Source: Microthyrium microscopicum (Eukaryota). Taken from it: DNA of 64,000 bases. The stretch lies in NCBI GenBank assembly GCA_010405405.1, contig MU004234.1:2391697-2455696 (forward strand). The letters are read 5' to 3'. Under the pieces are notes generated by a model, which was not told the DNA's origin, made no database searches, and was given only the letters and a program-made list of their open reading frames with translations. A program made the position numbers and the translations under genes. Shown here piece after piece: positions 54,982 through 64,000 of this stretch (its first letter is position 1; each line of letters opens with the position of its first letter).

Positions 54982-56678
54982 ATGGCAGAGTCAATATCGA
55001 CCATGCATTCACCAGGAAATACCCATTCCTCTGTTCATGAGTCTCCAGCTCCAGTTTACTCACCATTGTACTCAGTCGACCCTGACCAGGAACGAGGAAT
55101 CCCTTCTGGAAAGGATACGAAGCTTGCGACCAATTATGCTTCCTATAACCACCCAGACATACAGTCACCTGGATTGGAATCGGTAGATTATTCTCACAGT
55201 GGCGGATTGGAAGTAGTACCTCAGCAATACCCACAACACCAACAACAATACGCAAACCAAGGGCAAGGACAGTACGCCTACCCGCAAGAAAAGGGTCAGT
55301 ATGGCTATGCCGAGAACGCTCAACCTTCACCACCGATGGAGGAACAACAGAAGAGACACAAAAAGGTGATATGTGGATGTATACCGCTTTGGCTTCTTAT
55401 TGGAGCCATAGTTTTCATTTCGATATTGGCTTTAGCACTCGGTTTAGGAATTGGATTAGGACTGAAAAAGCACAGGTAAAATGCTACCTGTTTTCGAGAG
55501 ACTCGGCATATGCTAACATAATGTGATAGCTCAGGTGTATCCGATGGGCAACTAAATCCAGCGTTCATGTCCAAAGTCGGTGCCTTCAATGGAACTGGTA
55601 TCGCTATAGCGTCCTATTCTTTCTCACAGGGAGGTTATGGTGTACTAAACGCATATTTTCAACACCACACAGGCCAACTGAGAAAGCTACAGCTCAACAC
55701 TGACGGCTCGTGGACTGGAGGAGATGCAACTACTATCATTGCTACTGATGCGCGAAATGCGACCCCTATTTCTGCCGTGGCGTATGCTATGGACTCGATT
55801 GCAACAGTAAGTTAATACCTATCGTCCGCTTCAAGGTCCAAATATTGGGTGCTGACAACTCCTAGTGGCATATATTCTATATCGATCAGAACAACCTGGT
55901 CAAAGAACGAATCAGCGACAACGTTACAAACTCCTGGCGCGACGGACCTATCAACCAGCTTAGTCTAAAAGCCATGGATCACCCCAATGTTGGTCTACAA
56001 GCTTGCTGGTATGGCAGCTTTTACGGTAGTGCCAACTACACACATTCCCCAGTCCCAGGAACCGGATCAAACGACACTGCTAAAGATTCCGTCATCGGTA
56101 TGCATCTTTGGTACGGCAGAGATGCTACCACTCAAGAAGAAGTCAACTGGACATATAACACCACCCAGTGGTACGTGCAGGACGAGTTCACCGCCAACGG
56201 TCACGCAGGAGTCGGCTGCTACTCATGGGGTCCTGGAAGTGTATCCTATGTCATGATGGTCAATCTCAACAACCAAGTCAACGTCATGTGGAAAGATCTC
56301 AACGCATCCGTCGCTTCCACTACTCAACATCCCGTTGGTGTCTGGACAAACTCGTCCGCTGTTATCCCCAATGTAATGTCAAACACGTCGCTCGGCTATA
56401 CCAATTACTTCTATGTCCAACAGGCTGATGGCGCAATTGCTGGCCATAACATTAGCTTTGATGCAGAGCGCACACAACTGATGACCGCCCAGATGTTTAC
56501 CATTCCTCAGAAACCCCTGGCCGGCTCCCATTTTTCCGTCACGGCTGTGCCTAATAAATCCGGCGGCGATCAGCTTATGGTTTTCAACCAAGACAACGGG
56601 ACCGACATTACTGAAAATCTTCGAGACATATCTTCTGGACAGTGGTCATACAGCAGTCTTCCCGTGCCTAATGTCTGA
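54982..56678 (+). CDS. Single-pass membrane protein with a fungal fucose-specific lectin-like beta-propeller, 3 exons
   Basis: Disordered N-terminus, then KKVICGC plus TM helix ...LALGLGIGLGL. Propeller-type repeats follow: AYFQHHTGQLR, ARNATPISAVAY, WHIFYIDQNNLVKE, VFNQDNGTDITE. Introns at about 55476-55529 and 55807-55865. Confidence 0.72.
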
Positions 56679-57160
56679 ATGTACTACAAGAAGTCTAATA
56701 TCAAAGTCTTGGACTTATTGGAAGAGTTTCGTTGGTGTCGGAGTATTTCCATTTTGGTCTGTTCTATCATTTACCATATCTGCAATTCGAGTGTTTATAC
56801 TTCGGGAAAGAGTATATTTAGTAATTTTGATAATATCTCTCATCTGGATAGGAGAGAAAAGAGCTTACCTTTGTGCACTAAGATACCAACAAAGCTTTCA
56901 ATTAGTATTTGCGATGGAATAGCCTTTGCATTATATATTGCAATCGAATCTTCTCGACAGAGTTGTACAATATTAAATGATTTGGAAAGTGCTCTTTACG
57001 TTCATGGATGTCAAGAGAAATTGCTTGTCTTTCCGTGCTTAAGCGTCACTCCGACAATCGGCCTTATTCCTTGAACTTTTTATATCTCACCCATTTCCTT
57101 TCACAATTTCGATCATATCAAGTTCACAAATCCAATCTCTCAGTCCAAAGTTCCATAACC

Positions 57161-58111
57161 ATGACCATCCAAAAAGCTCCAGCATCGTTCGCTGGCAGCC
57201 TCCACCGCTACAACAACCGACTCGTCGCATTCGAACATACCCGTACCGGCACTGCTCCTACCAACACCTTACTTTGGGTCGGTGGACTCGGCGATGGTCT
57301 CCTCACAGTAAACTACCCAGCAGTCCTTGCGTCCGCTTTACCACCAACCTGGTCCCTTGTCGAAGTCTCCACCTCCGCCTCGCTGTCCGGCTGGGGCTCC
57401 ACCACACTCGCGCGCGACGCCCATGAAATCGCAGCATGCGTAGCCTATTTCCAAAAACTACGCGGCGGCAAGGTCGTGCTGATGGGACACAGCACCGGCT
57501 GCCAGGACACCATGGAGTATGTCACTGGAGCTGACAGCGCTCAGAGGACACCATTGAATGGTGCGATATTACAGGCGCCTGTGAGTGATCGTGAGGCTTG
57601 TGAGGCTGGCAAAACGAGGACGGACTTTAGCAGCATTATTGAGACGTCACGGCAGTATGTTAAAGAGGGACGGGGTGATGATGTTATTCCAATGGCGTTG
57701 GGGAGCAGCATTTTCGGACGGACACCGGTGAGCGCGTATCGGTGGCTTAGTTTGCTGAGTCCGGACCATGATGGGGATGATGACTTCTTTAGTAGCGATC
57801 TTAGTGATGAGCAGCTCAGGGCGACGTTTGGAAGGTTTCCGAGGCGGACGCCGTTGTTGGTGCTGTGTTCGGGGAGTGATCAGCATGTACCCAAGTTTGT
57901 GGATGTGCCGAAGCTGGTGGGTCGGTGGACGGCTTGCGTGAAGTCGGGCGGAGGAGTTGTCGATGAGGAGAACTCGGGGCTGGTAGAGGGCGCGACTCAC
58001 AATTTGGATGGGGATGATAAGGTGGTAGTGGAGAGACTTTGTCGGAAGGTGGTGTCCTTCCTGACCAAAGTCGAGAGCGACGAATTTTCCGCGAGTGCCT
58101 CACAGTTGTAA
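57161..58111 (+). CDS. DUF1749 alpha/beta hydrolase (SidJ/UPF0613-like esterase)
   Basis: WVGGLGDGL, VLMGHSTGCQD, GAILQAPVSDRE, DDDFFSSDL and GATH; ends ASASQL*. Confidence 0.85.
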   Translation: MTIQKAPASFAGSLHRYNNRLVAFEHTRTGTAPTNTLLWVGGLGDGLLTVNYPAVLASALPPTWSLVEVSTSASLSGWGSTTLARDAHEIAACVAYFQKLRGGKVVLMGHSTGCQDTMEYVTGADSAQRTPLNGAILQAPVSDREACEAGKTRTDFSSIIETSRQYVKEGRGDDVIPMALGSSIFGRTPVSAYRWLSLLSPDHDGDDDFFSSDLSDEQLRATFGRFPRRTPLLVLCSGSDQHVPKFVDVPKLVGRWTACVKSGGGVVDEENSGLVEGATHNLDGDDKVVVERLCRKVVSFLTKVESDEFSASASQL

Positions 58112-60661
58112 AATTCGTCATGAAGAGGTGGCTTTCGGATCTGGTTATGATTTAGATTTGATATTGCTACAAAGCGAAGATCCAGAAAAATGATACCACC
58201 TAGCGATGCAGGTTGTGGGCATGGCGGCGAATTCATTACAGCCGATAGATTCGATATTTACCACAGTAATGCGCCCAATATAGGTAGGATGTTGTCGAAT
58301 GAGATTCAAAATTGAAGCACGGTCTTGACAAAGCCAAGATTAAAGCGTACGCGGACAACATGCCTACGATGCGGCATATTCATTACTTGGGCAGTCAACT
58401 TGGGCGCCTGATTATGGATGAAAAGTAGTGAGACCTATCAAACGACGGAGCTTTTGAATGTTGATGGCAATATCCTGACGTGTACAGGTCGGTATCATGT
58501 GCCAGTGGTTACCAGTGTATATCATATGCTTGTTGTGCTGATATCAGATTACAGCCTTGAATCGCTACTTATATTGCAGATTGTCTTCGTATGAAACTTA
58601 CACGTTTTATTTAAGGAAGACAGTTTTTTCTATACTTCTGACGTATATTTCCTACTTTAGCCAGCTACATTGACGAGTAAAGTGTCAGTGACTCTATTGA
58701 TGCAGAGCTTGTAAGAACTAGACGGAGTGCATATTATGCTGAAAGTAATTGATAAGCCTGCGGGAAAGCATATTAAGTGACTGTGTAATTCACAAGACAA
58801 GAAACATGCTTCTCCACTTCACAGTTGTTGAAGAACATAACAAATGTTCCTGCATGAGTGGTTTTGACGATCTCATAACCTCGCAGAGAAGGCATGGAGG
58901 AGAGGAGAACCAATCTAAAAAGCCTCTGGTGATGAATAATCTTGTCATCGCCTGAAAACCTACTAAGTAGATATTAGCTACAGTGGTATCTCTATTTTGA
59001 GTTTATTACTACGTTAAGTAGCAGTAGTTGGTACAATTTTTGGTAGATTAGAGCAGTATCTCCTCGTAAGAAAGTCTCCCTCTACAAAAATTCTGCGACT
59101 TGATCACCTTTGACATACGACTACTACCCACAACCTATATTGAAAAATGAGTTTTCTCAACTAATTCGAATAAACACACCCTTTGGATTCGATGATAAAG
59201 AGGGGCAGAAGTCCATATGTTCACATCAAGTACTGGCGGAGAACTCAAGGATCGGCAGAAGCAAGTGAATGTATGGAAGATCAACGTTATCCATGAGCGA
59301 ATTAGGTGATTTGACAGATAGGATTTGATGCAGGACATGGTAAGGTACTTACGTGTGTAGTCCTTTAGTTGCTGTAGGCATGCCGTGCATCATGCCTTAA
59401 AGGGCGGGATGCAGACGGCTCAACTTCAAATCTTGCTTCACTCGCTCTCTCCCTCCCTTTCTATGACCACACCTTCTTACGCCACCCACGCGAGCCTCGC
59501 CGGCCACTTTCCATCAAACCACCCCAGTATATCACTATCTTGACCATGTATATCGAAAACAATCACCAAGAAGGCCTCGTACAGTCGCGTAGTTGCGTTG
59601 GGCCGCGTCCAAGCGAGATGGAAGCTGTCACAGCCCCAACAGGCAAAGTTGGCTCGGTCAAGCAACCGTGAGAACATGTCACCGGGACGTTGTTGTGTCA
59701 GGCTTGGCCAGTCAATGGTTTCAATGACTACCGCAATGGATGTCGAGCATATGAGATGCTGGCGATTTGCAGCAGAGAGAGTCGAGTTGCGGCAATGACT
59801 GCTACAGAGGTAGCGGTAGGCTGTATCCCACCGAGCCTCAGCACCTCTTCCGACAACCTCCGAATTTGATGAGAAATTCACCATGGATTTCCAAGCCAAA
59901 GGACACTCAGTCTATTGTTAATTCGTCAAAGTCATCACTACGTCTGGATATTGTTAAGCTTCCTAATCCTTTACAACTATTGCTACAGGTACAAGCTTTC
60001 GGCCTTCCATCCATCTTTTCAACCTGCCACCATCAGGACGCTGCATCAGATATACTTTTACTTTTTGCACCTCCGCATTCCCCTATAAACCTTTATGCAC
60101 CCCATCTCCTGATTGTGGTGTTGTGACTATTATTTGGATTGTAGCGCCATCTTGACCCCAGGTTTCCACTCCAACGGCCTAGACGCTACCATACTCCTTG
60201 GCTACCATATCTGCTAGTATTGCCACTCATCCGCTGGACCCGTCTCCGCAAATTTCTCGAATTCTAATATATCTTCGCGAGGTCGCCAGATCGCAGAAAC
60301 ACTTTTCGCATTCTAAGAATTGCCAAATTGTATTGTTGTTGCCGCCACCTTCACATATCTCAACATCATAGAACGGTTCCGAAGTCTTCCTTGGACCCAG
60401 AAAATCCCGCCTCCGATCATCGGCTGAGCACGCGACATTTTAAACATTTTTTGAAATTTACTGGTTTTGAAATACCATCAACTCTTTACGACTTCTTCCG
60501 GAATACATCCACACAGCAAGCCTGAGGGCTATAGGGACACTCTGTGCTCACACTTTCACCACTTACTGCAGTCATAACTCTCTAAGATCGCCAGCATCAT
60601 CAGATCGACTGGTTCCCGTGCGGTACCTTGCATCTGGTTTTCCGAATAAGGCATAGGGAAA

Positions 60662-62185
60662 ATGTATCCACCTATTCCACGCCTCGGCGATTTTGACGTC
60701 TCTCCTCTTAATGGTTTCCTTCCGACCGAACCTCCATGCGACCACATTTCCGACCCATACTACGCTCCTTGGGAATCTATCATCAATAACTTACAGCCGC
60801 TCATCCTTACCAAGCGGCTCCGCGGTTGTGTCGACCGCCTTCCAGTACTCTCCACCGATTTCCTCCACGCCAAAGCTGAATGGCGGCGCGCATATTCCAT
60901 CCTTGGCTTCATTGTCCACGCCTACGTCTGGGGCGAAGACTCACCCGCAGATATAATTCCACCACCAATATCAATTCCATTCCTTGAAACATGTGAGTAT
61001 CTCGAACTGCCGCCTGTGGGCACATATGCCAGCTTCGTGCTCTGGAACTGGAAACCACTCATCCTCTCGGAACCGGTGGACTGTCTCGAGAACATTTTCA
61101 CGCTGCACACTCTTACTGGAAGTATGGACGAAGCATGGTTTTTCCTCGTTTCCGTCGCCATAGAGGCACGCGGCGCCGCCATAATTCCTCTGATGCTCGA
61201 GGCTATCAGCGCTGCTCGCTTTAACGACACGGAAGCAGTCACTGAAGCGCTGAGATCCTTCGCTCAGCGTCTCGACGAACTCGGCATGTTGCTCAACCGG
61301 ATGTACGAAAATTGCGACCCACATATCTTCTACCATCGCATTCGCGTTGTCCTCGCAGGCTCAAAAAACATGGTTGAAGCCGGTCTTCCCAACGGCATCA
61401 AATTCGACACAGGCTCCAACACAGATGAGTACGTGCAATACTCAGGCGGCTCCAACGCCCAATCCTCCATCATCCAATTCTTCGACATCATCCTCGGCGT
61501 TGAACATCGACCAACTGGCGCACCTCCCTCAAGTGACAGACCGGCCATGCATGGTCCGCCAAGCGCAAACTTCATCCTCGAAATGCGTCGCTACATGCCC
61601 GGTCCACACAGACGTTTCCTCGAAGCCGTCGAACGGATCGCAAATATCCGCAATTTCGTTGTCGCCAACAGTGGAAATGCGGCCCTCCGCACAGCCTATG
61701 ATGCGTGTCTCGCAATGTTGCGTGCTTTCCGCGATATTCACATCCAGATCGTCTCCCGCTACATCATCATCAAATCTCGCGAATCTCGGCCTTCTAGCAC
61801 ATCTCCACCACGACCTTCTGGCCGGAAGAATCTCGCGGTCGCTAGCATGCAGAGCCACTCAAGTGGCGAAGATAGCGCTGGTGCGCCACGGCAACGGAAG
61901 TTGAAAGGAACTGGTGGCACGGCGCTTATTCCGTTCCTTAAGCAGGCGCGTGATGAGACTGGTGAGCCTGCGATTGATGACTGGGCACGCCGGTTGTTGA
62001 GCAATGGGCCTGCTACCGTGGCGCGAGGCATGGATCCGTGGGCTTCTGGTGGGTCAGTTGGCTCGGCTGGCGCGGGCGCAAGGTTGACGAAGATGGGTGA
62101 GCACGCAAGTGGGGAGATGGAGATTTTGGGACTGGCGGGTGTATGGCGGGTCGGTGATGATGAAGGTGGAATATGTCATTGGTAG
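60662..62185 (+). CDS. BNA2: Indoleamine 2,3-dioxygenase
   Basis: 507-aa intronless ORF with NGFLP, EWRRAY, HAYVWG, DEAWFFLVS, CDPHIFYHRIR, YSGGSNAQSS, EMRRYMPGPHRRFL and GTGGTALIPFLKQARDET. Confidence 0.93.
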   Translation: MYPPIPRLGDFDVSPLNGFLPTEPPCDHISDPYYAPWESIINNLQPLILTKRLRGCVDRLPVLSTDFLHAKAEWRRAYSILGFIVHAYVWGEDSPADIIPPPISIPFLETCEYLELPPVGTYASFVLWNWKPLILSEPVDCLENIFTLHTLTGSMDEAWFFLVSVAIEARGAAIIPLMLEAISAARFNDTEAVTEALRSFAQRLDELGMLLNRMYENCDPHIFYHRIRVVLAGSKNMVEAGLPNGIKFDTGSNTDEYVQYSGGSNAQSSIIQFFDIILGVEHRPTGAPPSSDRPAMHGPPSANFILEMRRYMPGPHRRFLEAVERIANIRNFVVANSGNAALRTAYDACLAMLRAFRDIHIQIVSRYIIIKSRESRPSSTSPPRPSGRKNLAVASMQSHSSGEDSAGAPRQRKLKGTGGTALIPFLKQARDETGEPAIDDWARRLLSNGPATVARGMDPWASGGSVGSAGAGARLTKMGEHASGEMEILGLAGVWRVGDDEGGICHW

Positions 62186-62455
62186 GGCGATGATAGATGT
62201 TTGAATGAGTGATAAACGCCATGATGAGTTCGACGCTGGCTCTGTAAGTGGTGATATGGCACACACAAAAGCGCGGCATGGCATGTATTTTTTGGTTTAG
62301 TGGTTGTATACCCACTCTTGGTCTATGCCTAGAGATATTATTCTCAGCTCATTATTATGATATTCTTTATGATATACTATCGCGTTTGTCCATTCTTGAA
62401 CAATCCACTAAAGGCTTTTTGATTGCCCTTAGACACGTCTCATTTCTCGTAAGCG

Positions 62456-64000
62456 CTACTTCTCTACCAAGCCTACAGCTCCATAATCATCTTCACTAAC
62501 GCCTACTCTAGCTCGATTCCGTCCATCTGCTTTCAAAAGTTCCCGTACACTCCTATCCGGCATTCCGTTCGCTGCCTTATCCCAAAAATCAATTGTTGCC
62601 GATGCAACGAGCTGGGCAACCGAGCACCACGTATTGCCCAAGATACTCCATTTCGTGCCAGCCAAGAATGTAGCCAGACAAATGATCACCATCAACATAT
62701 GGAAAACCATCACAGCTGCCACTGCTATAAAGCCGGCATGTCGTACAGGCGCGTTGGAGGTCATAAAGTACGCCTGCTGCACCTTTTCGGATTCATCGAG
62801 CAACGCGAGCTTGTCATAGTAGTTTATACTAGCCAGCGAAGATATCAGTGACTGTAGCGCAAATGCCAAGCTTCCGCCAGTGTTCAGAATCTCTTGAAAG
62901 AGACGCAGGTGCATTGGGTCGGGACAGATGATATTTGGAGAATTCACTTCTAGGCACCAGCTCTGCCAGAGGGAGGCAGGGATATTTCCCTCCATGTCAA
63001 GAGCATAGTGGTGGTAGCTGCCAAGGTTGGCGAGCCCGCGAATCCATGGATCGTTGATGGGGAGCTCGTCGCTTTGCGCCAGCCAGGAGGCACGGATGGG
63101 TGTGAGGTCAAGTAGACCGCGTGCCATGTTGCTCTTGTCACGTTCTTGGCCGTAGAGTGCGCGAATATCGTCGAAACGGTATGTCTGGTTCGTGCTATTG
63201 TATTTGGGACTTGGCTCTGTGCGGTTTTTTGGGCTTGACATGCGGACGGGCAAGTTGGCGGTGGTGAAGGCTGCGTAGCATAGCGATATGCTGAGGGTTA
63301 GATTTACATCTTTGTACTCGAGATCCTGCCATATGCCGCGCTCATAACTGCTCACCGACCCTAGATTGTCCCCTTCTGGCAATTGGTCATCACCCAGCTC
63401 AACATTAAGCACGATGTATGCCGTTCCAAGGTGTTGGGACCCATTCACGCCGGTTATATAGTCTGTGAGGTTCGTGAGGGAAGGAAACTCGCTGATTAAC
63501 CCACCCGGGCCTGTGTTATCGAATTCGGGAAGCTGGCATAATGCGATGCGATGATCTTTCGTAACCGAGCCGAGGAAAGGGACGTAGCAGGTGAAAGGTG
63601 AGGCCTCGTTGTCGTGTTCGTCAGGAATGGCAGTATTGTTCAAGCGAGGAGTCAGTCGAGTAGCGCCAATGAATCCAGACACCACGGTACTTGTGAACAA
63701 CCCGCCATACCGCGAAGGAGCTAGGTATAACATCGGTATTTGGCATGTCACTCGGTTGTCCAGCACCATAGTCTTGCCAACATCCTCATTAAGAGTTTCT
63801 CATGCAGAAGCTGACTGGAAAGGTAGAAAGGCACGAAGTGTCAGTCCAGTATCGTCCACACCATCGGCCACTTGAGGAGCTTCTCTATACTCTGCAAATG
63901 CAGGGTATCCTTGAGGCTTGAGTGACCACGTCGACGGCCGAGTGGCCGAATCATCTGTCACATCGCCTAGGCCGTACGAAATATTTTGTGTAAAAGATCT
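62456..64000 (-). pseudogene. Fungal membrane glycoprotein of unknown function, 5'-truncated by the window end, with an in-frame TGA
   Basis: The frame is open from 64000: ...YPAFAEY...GVDDTGLTLRAFLPFQSASA*ETLNEDVGKTMVLDNRVTC. The stop is at 63800-63802. A C-terminal TM and LGNTWCSVAQL follow. Confidence 0.65.

Noticed and set aside
37577..63802. Alternative genetic code as the explanation for the in-frame stops
   Set aside because: TAA, TAG and TGA all end conserved genes normally in this window.

Overview
Gene-dense genomic DNA from a filamentous ascomycete, judged by short GT-AG introns with CTAAC/CTGAC branch points and a RIP-type AT-rich block at the left end. It holds about 19 intact genes: a secreted SnoaL-like protein, a Ste20/PAK kinase, HSE1, cytochrome b5, PTPA/RRD1, a Pro/Thr-rich protein, an ArfGAP, a CE1 esterase, LUC7, GPI16, a polyol SDR, a copper-fist transcription factor, phospholipase B, a GH72 Gas/Gel, a TF-SDR-hydrolase trio, an F-box-like protein, a membrane-anchored fucose-lectin-like protein, a DUF1749 hydrolase and IDO. 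Three more genes are interrupted by stops. Most notable: (1) two unrelated genes carry homologous, hairpin-forming spliceosomal introns (43970-44127 and 49453-49677), the signature of a mobile introner-like element family; (2) a 99-codon, protein-like in-frame extension directly follows the Ste20 TAG stop; (3) a degraded protein-kinase pseudogene at about 16.6-17.6 kb is missed by the ORF track. Gene models and identities were worked out by hand from motifs; no database search was run.
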